64,000 nucleotides of DNA, from assembly GCA_000934665.2 (NCBI GenBank), contig JYFJ02000115.1, positions 62,001 through 126,000 of the forward strand, read 5' to 3'. The position numbers and the translations under genes are program-made. Positions 12,145-24,100 of the stretch are shown here, piece after piece. The notes under the pieces were generated by a model, which worked only from the letters and a program-made list of their open reading frames with translations, did not search any database and was not told the origin of the DNA. Every line of letters begins with the position of its first letter. Position 1 is the first letter of the stretch. The stretch is from Catajapyx aquilonaris. Its lineage: Eukaryota.

Positions 12145-12808
12145 TATGCTTCCAAAACAGTAAATTCAGACCTTGGCATCGTTGGTTGAGCATATTCAAA
12201 TTAGTATTTATGAATAGCTCATAAGCTCCACCACCACGTCAAGGAGATGCCGCGGTGGAGTAGTCTTTTTCTACAGGCAAAGACCGTCAACCTCAGGCAG
12301 GTCTGATGTCGCAAAATTATGTCACAAGAAAAACTGCAGAAATGAAAAGCCTGACAAATTAATTTATCCAGTTTTTCACATTTTATAAAAATCTGAGGTT
12401 GATAAGAAGCCATATTATATGTATAAGCTGTGTAATAGAAAAGCTATTTATATCTATATAAAATATTTAGCAACATGCTTAGAATGTTATTATTACATTA
12501 GTGTTAAATGTTTTAAAATAGCAATATACACTATAAATTAATATGAAATAAGTCAATATAAACTACAAGTATATCAATATAGCAGAAATATAGTAACTCA
12601 AAAAATAAAATGTAATGCAAGTAATTAAGTAGGCCTATAATTACGTAGCGTATTAAGCTATAAATTCGACAATTAAGAAATAATACAAGTAAGCCTAAAC
12701 ATACTGGTATGTGATAGCATTTCAATAATTGGAAGACTACATATTATTTTTAAAACTAATATGAAATAGCAGTATACAATTATATCAACAACAAAACAGT
12801 AACAAACA

Positions 12809-13250
12809 CACTTGGTAGCAGGTATGCTAGATCTACAATAATATTCATTACTGCAATCAATGGAAATGTACATGCAACAATAAGGAACAGCAACAATTTC
12901 TTAATAAGACCCTTGCAATACCTGCCTATGGCTCGGACAATCAGTCCGGCACTTGGTAGCAGGTATGCTAGATCTAAAATAATATTCATTACTGCAATCA
13001 GTGGAAATGTACATGCAACAATAAGGAACAGCAACAATTTCTTAATAAGACCCTTGCAATACCTGCCTATGGCTCGGACAATCAGTCCGGCACTTGGTAG
13101 CAGGTATGCTAGATCTACAATAATATTCATTACTGCAATCAGTGGAAATGTACATGCAACAATAAGGAACAGCAACAATTTCTTAATAAGACCCTTGCAA
13201 TACCTGCCTATGGCTCGGACAATCAGTCCGGCACTTGGTAGCAGGTATGC
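12809..13250. repeat. 141-bp tandem repeat, about 3.1 near-identical copies
   Basis: cacttggtagcaggtatgc recurs at 12809, 12950, 13091 and 13232. Confidence 0.95.
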
Positions 13251-13415
13251 TCTAGGTCTTCTATACTTGTTATATGATCAATTATTATCAGAGACAAAGT
13301 TTATAATGAGCAAGCATCCAAACACTGGTGCAATAATTGCATGCATCTAGTCCCACACACAGCACGCACCAACCATAAAGACAGCAAGCACGCAGAAACA
13401 TTTCAAAACTGTACA

Positions 13416-16400
13416 TCAACATTGAGCTGGGACTGATTGTGTTTTACAAATGGAATGGCAAAACCACTTCATGCCCCTTGCTGGTTTCCGTTTCACACCT
13501 ACACAGTCCCAATGGTACCACTTGCCACATCCTTCATTATCGCAACCAATCATGTCTCGTTTTCCTGTCACTACCGCACATTTCCAACACTTCCACTGAT
13601 CATACAAAACCTTCATGATATTCTCAACAGCAAGCCATGCATCTGCAGTGAAATATTCCTTAACACATGTCCAGGTCCTGTCCAACACTTCAGTGTTAAT
13701 GTCATCTAGCTTAGTATATACATGCTTCTCCTCTATCTTGCAGCCAAAATTCTTAAGAGACCGAACACCTTCATCATCGCAGATCATATTCAAAGTTTTG
13801 ACCTTTGCAACTGTAACAAAAGACTTCCTCTTTTGATGTTTAGGAGCAGGAATGCATGGCACTTGCTTGGTGGTATTTGCTGTTGTAGTGTCACCATCAT
13901 GTGGCTCATCGAGACATGCCATCTCAACATCAGATGGATCAGAATCAATGGGTGCTGGTAATGAGTTGGAGTAATTCAGTGTGGGCAGGACTACACTCAT
14001 CTCCACCAAGAGGTCATTCGCTTCTTTTAAGGTTGGCTTACTTAAACGAGCAGTGCGAATTTGTGCCCTAGGTTTCTTTGTGCTGGTAAAACAACGCACT
14101 TGCCTGTCAATTTTTTTGTTTGGTGCAGGAGCATGCTGTGCTGCATGTGGGAGAAAACCACCTACTGCCCTGGGTCCCAGCTGCGCATACTTAGACAAGG
14201 TAGTTACACGATTGATGCAATGAGCAACATCTTCCTCTGAATCCATTTGCATAACCTGCTGAATGAGACCCAAGCAAATAGCTTCAAAATGCTCCTTTTG
14301 ATTTTGCAAACTAGTAGCAGGTTTTGAAATCATCTGAACGATTTCTGCTACTTCTCCAGTATTTGCATACTGGTCTGCAACAACAGAGGAAACAGTAGTT
14401 GTTGGTGGTCCCTTCATAAATCTGCAAACCAAGTGCACATGTTTGCAGATGAGACCATGAATGAGTCGATCTTTGCAGGTGCAAGTGAAGTCATGGATAC
14501 AGATACAACAAGCTGAGCACCTTTCTTGGCATGCACAAATCACCCCTGTTCGCTCTACCGAATACTCTGTGCCTGACCCTGACTGTGAAGGTACAATGTA
14601 TCTATCCCCATCAGTACGAATTGTGCTCATGTCCATCCCTTTGCTGTTCGTATGGCGCGACCTTATTAGTCGGATCTTATGTGTCACCTTGCCTTTGGTG
14701 AGCTTGACCAGCCGTTCCATTCCGCATGCATCCCCCATGTCCATAAGCCTGTCAATGAGCTTGTCGATTCGGCGGTTGTGAATCCCGTGCAAATAGCAAT
14801 GTTTGAGGATCTTATGGAATGCCTCTATCGTCATGTTAGTGTTAGCCCCAGCTCCAAGCCTATAGCAATGCGCCCATTGTTCACTCTTGAGTGAATACTC
14901 ACTTTGGAAGTACGCTCTAAACTTCCTTGTGCTATCATCCTGACTTGAGAGCCAATCCATGAACAGTTTGAGCAGCTTCTCATGAAGACCTACATATATC
15001 ATTCGCTTCCAAAACTGCACGCAAAAAGGTGTAAGTTTTTTGCCTAATCTCCTTATCTCGTATCATGTGCAGTTTACCTTGCCAAGCTCTATCGACATGC
15101 CATGCGCACAGCAGCTTCTGTGGATTACCCTTGAACACATGCTTCCATGCCGTGTAATACTGATCAGCACCATCCGTCATAACACATGCAGGTTCAATAT
15201 CTCCAGTCCTGGCATGCACAGCAAGAAAAAACTGAACCAACAGGGCCTGGTCTTCCCTGTTACTAAGGCACCAGGCAACTGGGATACCTTCACCAAACTC
15301 ATCTCTTACGACAATAGATATCAACTGAAAATCATAGCTGTTGGTCCCATGTGTTGCGTCAAGAAATACCACCTTACTTGGTGCAAACTTTTCCATCATG
15401 TGACGTTGGAATTCAGTTTGGATGACAAGAATGAAATCGCCATCAGCTAAGTCATTGCTATTAGCACCCTGTTGTTCACCCTGAAACTTAGCAAGGAGTA
15501 CTGGATTCTTATCACCCATGTCTTCCATTTCCTTCATCCACATCAAAACACTGGTGGCATCGTCATCATGGCGATTGCCATGCCCTGCAATCCCATATGA
15601 CTTACCGATGTTTTTGATATCATTTTTGGTTAGTAAGTTCATTCTATGTAAGACGCCATCACCACTATTGAGTTTCTGTGCATCATGCAAGATAGTGTCC
15701 TTACTTAACTTGGCCTTCAACTGGTGCGCAATTAGTTCCCTGTCATTGCCGCTTAGTGGTAGCAAACCAAGATTCAGATCATGCCCATAATGTTCATTGC
15801 AATATGACACATGATATTCACCAGACAAGTGGTACACCTTAATTACCATGTGTGCAGTGCAATGCCTCTCAATCTTTCTGCTCTTGTGAAAGTCATTTCC
15901 TACCTTTGCCCTGCAATTTCCTGACCTGTTGCAATACATACGTTTAACCTTATAGTCAGTGTACCTAACAGTGCCAGTCATTTTCACAAAACGTGTAGTG
16001 GTCTTTTGTTCTAGGTCTGTCTTCCAAGTCTCAAAATCTGCCCCATCAGTAAAGTTTTTCTCTTGCATGCAGTAATTGTCATAGTCGTGAGAATGGCTCA
16101 AGTGGTGCACGAGGTCTTTCACAGTCACAAAAGTTCCGGTACAGTCTTTCTCTTGACATAGTATATGACGCTCATTTGCGTCAATTACCAGCATGTCCTT
16201 GTGGTCAGTCTGAATGTGCTTGTCAATGTCTAAAAACGTTCCCGTGCAATACTGGCAAACACTACCAAGAGAAACACTTTCATCTTCTCCCTCGATAGCA
16301 TTCCCACATGTTGCAATACTATCGAGAGCAGTTAGTTCCTGTGGAGAAGTAGTGCCTGTGGTCGTTTCATTCCCCACTAGCTGATTCTGATCATTATGAA

Positions 16401-16623
16401 TCTTCCGATGTCGATGGAGACCCTGCTTGTATTGAAAATCTTTGTCACAAATGTTGCATGTGTATGCGCCCTTGACCTCGTCTTTGACAGGGTGTCCATT
16501 CTTTCCCTGACTTCTGTACTTGTGCTGCCGAAGGCTGTGATATTTGTTGTAACTCTTACTACAAACCTCACATGTAAATACCTCATTACCAAGGCAAGGC
16601 AAACCAGATGCATGTTGCGCCAT
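13416..16623 (-). mobile_element. Mutator-like (MULE) DDE transposase with N-terminal C2H2 fingers, SWIM and C-terminal PHD finger; single frameshift at about 14990-15000
   Basis: ORFs 14980-16623 and 13416-15020 overlap: C2H2 fingers (e.g. CNICDKDFQYKQGLHRHRKIH), WRKY/GCM-like CNRSG..CTAH..HYGH, MULE core FLDATHGTN / MTDGAD / CAWHV / TIEAFH, SWIM CTC..CKH, PHD CWKC..CDNEGC..WYHWDC..WFCHSIC. Confidence 0.9.
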
Positions 16624-19585
16624 GATGCAAATTCATATGCAGACAAAATCCCACAAAAAATTGTTCAAAATACAAGAGTCGCTGAAAATAAGAACTACTG
16701 TATAATATTAATGCAGGTGGTGATGTATACGTCACCAAATCTAGTCTAGGCGTTCCCCTTGGCCGCGGCTGGTCCCAGAGATCCGACAGTGGTGTAGCAG
16801 AAAAACCTTCCTATGCTACCTCAACTGAAGGAATGAGGATTGAGGAAGCTAGGGTACACAAAATGATTCACAGTATTGGCGACAGTATGTCTAGACGCAC
16901 CACGTGACCCACTGCAGTCTATGAAGGGGGTTTTCAGGGATTTATTTTTCTATGCCTCACTTTTGCGAATAGAGTCAATTATTGTACATTCCTGCTGGTC
17001 TTCATGAACACAACATTTTAAATGGTTTCTCTATAGGCCTATTATATAGTTAATGCGTAGTCCAAAACTTTGAAAAATCAATACTTCTTAGTTTTAACAA
17101 ATATATGACTTATTTCTGAATGCCATGGAATTCTTTTCTCCCTGATCGGCAACAGGAGGGATTAAGTGAGTCATCCCTAGAGCCCCAAGGCCAAGGGTGA
17201 CGGCAAGAAAGCTGTTGCTTTGACAAACAGGGTGTCTCACAAGTCTGAACACATAGGTATAATTATTGGATTGTACAGTTGGTTGCCAGTTGTGCCAACT
17301 CCAAGAACTGAACCTGTCAACATATAGTATGTCGATAAACTGCTACAGTGTAGTTGTCACAACTGAAAACCAAACCAACACTATACATTCTACAATGCTA
17401 TTATCTGTGTGTCCAGCACACTGTCGGGGACTTCGGGTTACCCTGTAGGCTGACAGAGTACTCGACACGGCTCGCCAGTAAAACTGTAAAAATAGTTTTA
17501 AATTATGATACCATATAGCTGTGTGTGGGAGGATAGACAATGCCTTCTTTGAAATAGCTGATAAATATTTTGCCTTATTTATATTTTGTTATTGTTTTCC
17601 AGTTATATCGTGAACTGCCCCGTTTCTCTGAAATTAATGAAAATAACATTTTGAGTTAAATAAAAATCATATTTAACATGCTCAAAACGCTTAAATTTTA
17701 AATACCTTCCATCGTCATATATTAGCCTACTCCTCATTCCTGTCATTCGGTTTCATATACATATGCAGGTGCTAGATGAAAATACTACCCTCACCTTTAT
17801 GTCAAAGATATGCACAAAACTGCCATGCCAAGCAAGAACGCAGGAACTTACATTGTTTTTCTATTTAGTTACTGCGTTCTTGCTTGGCAGGGCATAAAAC
17901 TGATGTTTTGTGATAATGATATCGCATTGAAAGTTCCCATTTTTAATGACTTGGATTGGGAAAATTTTGCTTTCAATCAAAATTTAAGCTGAATAGTAGC
18001 CTATTCGAAAAACAATTCGTGCTTTTGCTATAAGATAAAATATCGCAAGACAACTAGAAAAATAACAAAAGCCAATAATGCACACATGTGCCTTATACAT
18101 AGGGCGACAGTTAGTGCTTTGTTCCATTCAAACAATAATATAGTGCACAAAGGTGAACCGTGTTTAATCAATCTGGCCAGAGATTTTATTACAGCCTACA
18201 GCGAATAATATCACCGCTCCATAACTTCTGGAATTCTACGACCAAATAGAAGCGGGCTAATATTAGACGGCCGGACCAGCAAAATAGGAAGAAAAAAAAA
18301 CAACACCAGCACCCTTTGTTTCTAGGAATGAGCTAATAACGGTTTTGTTTAGAACATGGCGTTGTAAATATGCACTCCTATTATGGGTAAAATCAAAGCA
18401 TTTTTACCAACAAAAATCTGGAGCAGAAAAGTGAGGTAAGCAAAAATAATGACTATAAATGCAATATATGGGCGATTGCGAAAGTACATCTTTGTGAGTT
18501 TCTAGTTTCTATGCATATAATTATGGTAACCAATAATAATTAGTCTACGGTACTATTTTTTTTTCTCAATACCTCAAAAAAAAGGCGTGCGTGGTTTACC
18601 CCCAAGTTTACCCACCTCGCTCAAAAAACAAAAGAAAAGACAACAAAAAGCGAGTTCAATAATATGCCTGGAAAGTCCGGACTAGTTCCGGCATTTAAAC
18701 CAATTTTTACAATTATGTGGCGCCTTCCCGATCTTGCAATAATCACAATGATTGACCTTATTTGATGAAGGAAGGAGAAAAAGTGAGACGATGCTGCATT
18801 GCATGCATAAATTGCATTCTTTGCCATTCTAGTTACCTATATGCAACACTGCAAAATTGTGAATAGCATTATAGGCTGTTACATGCAATTCAGCCAGTCC
18901 ATCATTTCCACCAGATTATTTAGGATAATAAGGGCATTTATTGTGTTGTTAACCTGGTGTACACCGCCGTAATGACATGACCACGAGCTACAGCAAAAAC
19001 GAATAGGCAAGTAAGGACCTATGTCACGGGTAAAGATTTATTTGGGTCAAGAAATGTCAGGAAACGGCAAGGCATGCCATATCCCAACCCGCCCGTTGCA
19101 TTCCAATCTCTTTTCGTCCCCTCGACGCCTCCACGGGTTTGCATTCTCAAGCAGACACATGTGACATTCATGGTGTGTGTGTGTCACGCTGGGTGGGTGG
19201 GAAGGTGGCGGAGAGGGGTCTGGGAGGGACGGGGGAAGGAGGGGAGGCCTTCCCATCCTCCCTCTCTCCTTCTGTGGGCCCCGCACAGCGCGTCGGAAGG
19301 CATGAACCATTGAGACATGCGCCACGCACCTCTGCGCACACCCTGACGTCACAGTGTCACAATGGTGACTCTGCGAGTACCTTCTCGTTTCCTCCCCAAC
19401 ATCCGGCTTCAACCTTCTTTTGCCAACGGCCTTTTTCTCTTGTTGTTGTTGCCTCTGGCAACCGTTTTCGAACACTAAAGAAGAAGGGCGTGTGAACGGA
19501 CTTTTGATCCGACATCTTCTATCGCTCCCCCTCGTTGGAGAAAGGATGAGCACCACGGCCTGCTGAAAAAAGGAAGGAAGATCCA

Positions 19586-22500
19586 ATGATGGGCCGGGCG
19601 CTGAAGGAGCTCCAGCAGGTCCATCCGCACAACAATGCAACGAAGGACAACAATGCTAAGTCGGAGGCGGCCACTCCTTCCACGGCTGTACCGACTGAGG
19701 AGGAGGACTGCGCTTTGGTGGAGAAGCTGCGGTGGGCCAACTGGGACCAGTACCAGACACTGGTCCGGATGCACCTCTCATTCGCGCTGGATCTCGCAAC
19801 GGATGAGTACGTACACCACCGCAATTGCAACATGCGCAGCCCACTTAACGGTTTAAACCGCAGGTGGGATTGTTCATCAAGCGGCGGGAAGAGCGAGAGT
19901 CGCCAGGCCAAACGGGTGCTGACTCCCTTCTCGTCCAAGAAAGGCAGCAACGCAGGCGGTGGAAGCGGAGGATGCGGCGGAGCAGCAGGCGGAGGACGCG
20001 GAGTCAACCTGACTCAAGAAGGAGTCTGCCAGGCATACCAGCTGATAGAGTTCCTCTCACGTGAAGACAGTACGTCATTTGCTGTGAACATGTACATTGC
20101 GATAATCGCTACCGATTGCTACTTTGCAGATCTGAAGACCGAGGGGCTTTTCCGCCGGTGTGGGAGGCTTGCCAGGCAGCAGCAGCTGAAGACGCTGCTT
20201 AACAGCGGATCCACTTTGAATCTGGATGCGCTGGAGTTTACGGTTCACGAGGTGGCCTGCGTACTGAAGGGATTTCTGGCAGAGCTGCCAGAACCGTTGC
20301 TTACCGAGGCTCATTACTCGGTTCACTGCCAGATAGCAGGTGCATGTTATAGCAAGTGTAGTGCGAGCCTCGGTGCTCAATGATCACATTGTTTTTCAGA
20401 ACTAGGCACCTCGTCGGATGCTTCCGCACACTCTCCGCCGAGGGAAGATTCGACTCACCGCCGGCAAGTGCGCTCGCTCCAGCTGCTCTTTCTGCTTCTC
20501 CCGCCATCCAATCTGCAGCTCCTGCGTGACCTACTGTCCCTGTTGCATCGTGTTGCCTCCTTCTCGCACACCAACCGCATGTCTGCACTGAATCTGGCGA
20601 CGATGTTTGCGCCGCATCTTCTCCATCCGAGGCGGCTTCCCATCGAGACTGTCCAACAGAAGGCGTCCCTGCTGACTCGTGCAGTTTGCTTTATGGTAGA
20701 GAATGCCACCAGCCTTTTTGGCATACCGTTGGAGCTGGCATTGGACGTCCGAGCCTACTGGGCAGGCCAGCAGCAGAAGGAGGGCAACAATGGGGAGGCC
20801 AGCACTGTGTTCAGCTTTGTTGATCGTGCCAAGACGGCGGAGGTGAGCGCTGGGAGCAGCACGGAAGTGGCTCTGGCGGAGCTGTACGCCTACGTGCAGG
20901 CACTGCCGGAGTCTGGTCGCAAGAGGCGTTTGGTCCGGCAGTTCAACAAGGAGAATGGGGTTGGAACGCCTGCGCTGTTGCATCGAGGGGTCGGGGAGAC
21001 GACCAGCAGCAGCACTGCGGAGGACGCGCAGGGTGGGTCCGGCATAGAGGCCAGGAGGAGAGTGCGCAGCAGGAGCTTCGGAGAGTCCATCAAGGTGAGG
21101 GACTGGAAGTCAGTTAATTCTCCAGCCAAAATGTTCAAATGCATGGTTTTCAGCTGAAGAAATCAAACTCCTGTAGTTCTCTGGAAGATGTTTGTTGTAA
21201 GAAGAATCTTCGCGATCGCTTTCTGAGTTGCTATCAAGTTGGAAAGGCTTGTACTGCTGCACTGGATGAGTGGGGAAGAAAATTAACATTCGTGTGCCTA
21301 CTTTCTTTTTCAGAGGCATTTGTTCAGCCGTCACAAGCACAAGACCGGGTCAGGGACTTCTTCCTCGGCACACTACACCTTACATCGTGCCGCTAGTGAT
21401 GATAACATACTGGTAAGTTACTGCCAAGCCGTTAGTGGTTGTCAGGACTGATCACGTTCTTATCTGCGCAGACTCCAACTGAGCCGTGCTCGCCTCCGCC
21501 AGCGAAGTTGAAGCTCTTCCAAAAGAGCGCCGAGAGCCTCGACTGCGACCCGGACCCTCCCCGCTACTCAGCTTCGGCCGCTTTGGTGGACGATCCACCC
21601 GTGGCAATCAAGGGTCCCAGGTGCCTGTCTGACTCGGCTCTTTGCTGCCACGATGACGATTACGCTCCTTCTCCCACCTCCTCCACCTCGTCGGAACCAG
21701 CCTCCTCTTCGTCTGGGAACTCGGCCCCCTACCAGTGCAACTGCGGGCGCACCCGCATGCTCGGTATGCTCAGCTGCATCCTCCCCCGGTGCAGGCAGCT
21801 TGGTAACCACAGTCACCCTGTAGCCAGCAGTGCAGTGGTGGCCAAAAGTAACCTCCATGCCGCTGAGCGCTGCTTGACTCCGCCCACTGAAACCGCTACT
21901 AACAGCCAGGTAGTGCTAACCCCTGCCGCCACCGCCGCCACTCCTGAGACCGCCAGCAATGCTAACACTAGCTTGGTTTTGTCGCCACTCACGCGCTCTG
22001 CTCAGAGAATGCCGCGCATGCTGCAGGTGAGGCTTCAAAGGGCTAAAAATACTAACCACGCTTGTGCTTTTCGGCTTGTTCGCATGCTTTTTCAATTCCC
22101 CAACCTTCACATTCCTCGTCTGCTTGAATTTTTATCCAGAACGTGCAAGGATTTGTTCATCGTTATACATGTGTCGTTATTCCAGGAGAGTATTCTAACT
22201 CCGAGAAACCGCCGGCCGCTGGTGCTGATGTCAAGCTCGGACCTTCCGACTCCGCCGACTCCAACAAGCATACTCGGGGGTGTGGGCGGAGGGGTAGGGA
22301 TGTGCCAGACTCCCCTGGGCAGCCGCTTGCACCCAGGCGCTGGAGATACCAAAGCCTGCGGGGATGGAGCGGAAGAACCCTTCAGCGACAAATTCCGGAG
22401 GTATCTCCTGGCTCGGCACATGAGTCCCCTGATCCCGGCAACAACTGGTGCCAGCCCCTCCTCCCCAATGTCAAGCGGAATTGACGAGGACGACAGCGGG

Positions 22501-22593
22501 GTCGGGGCGGAAGGGATGAGCGACTCCATGCTGTACTTCTTGGACGGGAACCTCGACCAGGGGGAAGGCGGCGGGGAGGGAGCAGAAGGGTGA
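19586..22593 (+). CDS. ARHGAP19: Rho GTPase-activating protein 19-like (exons approx. 19586-20069, 20130-20339, 20400-21093, 21314-21411, 21472-22026, 22186-22593)
   Basis: RhoGAP domain EGLFRRCG, HEVACVLKGFLAELPEPLL, LLLLPPSN, NRMSALNLATMFAP; VFSFVDR and TEVALAELYAYV..RRLVRQF typical of ARHGAP19/RhoGAP54D; the 3' exons are less certain. Confidence 0.85.
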
Positions 22594-23095
22594 CTCTCCA
22601 TCTCGAGGAGGAGTTGAATCTCTCATGCTTTTTTAAAAATATACTTCTGTTCGCTTTGATCATTCGAGACTGCCATTTGTGCTCATCAATTATTAACAAT
22701 CAACAATGTGTAAAACTGACAACTTCCAAGACTGATTTCAGCAGCATTATTAGCGACAATAGGCGGCAGATAATCTACAGCATGTTGAAAGGGTCGACAG
22801 AATGCCTGTCGCATTAGTATTACGTCAACGAAGTCTTTTAAAGGCAGGCGTTTCTTCCATGCAAATATGTGTTTATCATGCGAACCCGACACTTAAATTG
22901 TTTGACGAGCATAAAAAATTGCACCGGTTAATTATTTTGAAGACAAAAATGTGATCTTTATACCAGTTATCTTGACAAGCTGTCTTTTTTTTTATTGTAA
23001 GTGTTTCTCTATTTTTTACAATGTATATGTTTTTTTTCTTGATCTTTAAATACATGAAAAAAGCATTTGTGCATATGCTATGTTTTATTGAGTAT

Positions 23096-23872
23096 TCAGT
23101 ACATGTCGTCTGGACCGAGATCCACTGTGTATTGGAGGCCACGTTCCCTGAGAGCCCTTGCCCTCAGCTTCTCCTTCTCCTGCTTGGCCTCCTGTTCCAT
23201 CCTCTGGGCGTCCAATATCGCATCGACAGTCACCTCAGTCAGCGGAAGCCGATGCTCCTCCATGGGATCCTGCAATAAAACCTGGGCGTATAAACCGCTC
23301 GCTTTCATTGCCCCGTCTCGGCGCTCACTATTTCGCCAAGAAGCACGACATTTTCCCCTCGGACAATGAACACTCCTCGCTCTATGTCGCCGTACTCCTT
23401 CCCGACATGGATACGCTCAATGGTCCGATGCAGCACCAGGTTAGCAAACTGGTCCACGCTTCGGAGGTACCCAATCAGTGTGCGTCCATCCCGCAGAAGA
23501 ACCATCAACTTCTCTGGAAACGAAACACAAAATGTAAGAAAAAACCCTCGGTTTCCAAGTAGGAAACACTCGCTTCCCTCTAATTTTTCTCGGCCTGCGG
23601 TTCGAGACGCACTCGCTTCCCTCTAATTTTTCTGGGCCTGCGGTTCGAGACGCACTCGCTTCCCTCTAATATTTCTAGGCCTGCGGTTCGAGACGCACTC
23701 GCTTCGCTCTAATTTTTCTAGGCCTGCGGTTCGAGAAGGGCTCGTTTCGCTCTAATTTTTCCAGGCCTGCGGCTTTGAATCGCCCCCCGTGCTTACTGTC
23801 AAGTTCCTCCATGAGACTGGCTGTTCCAGGCAAGCTGTTTTTGGGGTACTGAGGGTAACCCATGAACGACAT
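23096..23872 (-). CDS. LSM1: LSm1 mRNA-decapping Sm-like protein, 3 exons
   Basis: [79 protein letters not shown]... Confidence 0.95.
23567..23772. repeat. 43-bp tandem repeat (about 4.8 copies) in LSM1 intron 1
   Basis: cactcgcttccctctaatttttct(c/g/a)ggcctgcggttcgagacg at 23567, 23610, 23653, 23696 and about 23739. Confidence 0.95.
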
Positions 23873-24100
23873 GGCTGGATTCTGTGCAGCTGTACCAACT
23901 GGAAGGAACGTCAGCTGAGTGCCGCCATTAGCCGACTGCGGGTTCGAATGTGTCCACCAGATGGCGCTGCTGGCTCCAGATGGCGCTGCTGCAGTCGCCG
24001 ATCCTTCTTCTTTCTTCGTTCCATCGCCGGTATTACAGCAGGAAGAAGAAGAAGGTCTTGTCTGTTCTCCGTTGTCGAAAGGAATCTGTCGTGTCCAGCC
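23873..24100. promoter_or_regulatory. Bidirectional LSM1/AKR promoter region with two CTCF-like motifs
   Basis: 228 bp separate the divergent ATGs; ccaccagatggcgctg (23954-23969) and ctccagatggcgctg (23974-23988) resemble the CTCF consensus CCACYAGRKGGCGC. Confidence 0.55.

Noticed and set aside
12780..13350. 132-aa and 145-aa ORFs with 47-aa repeats
   Set aside because: Translations of the 141-bp tandem repeat on both strands; no independent coding evidence.
14980..15020. Programmed ribosomal frameshift or intron in the transposase
   Set aside because: No canonical slippery heptamer and no adequately sized GT-AG intron; an indel in an AT dinucleotide run is simpler.
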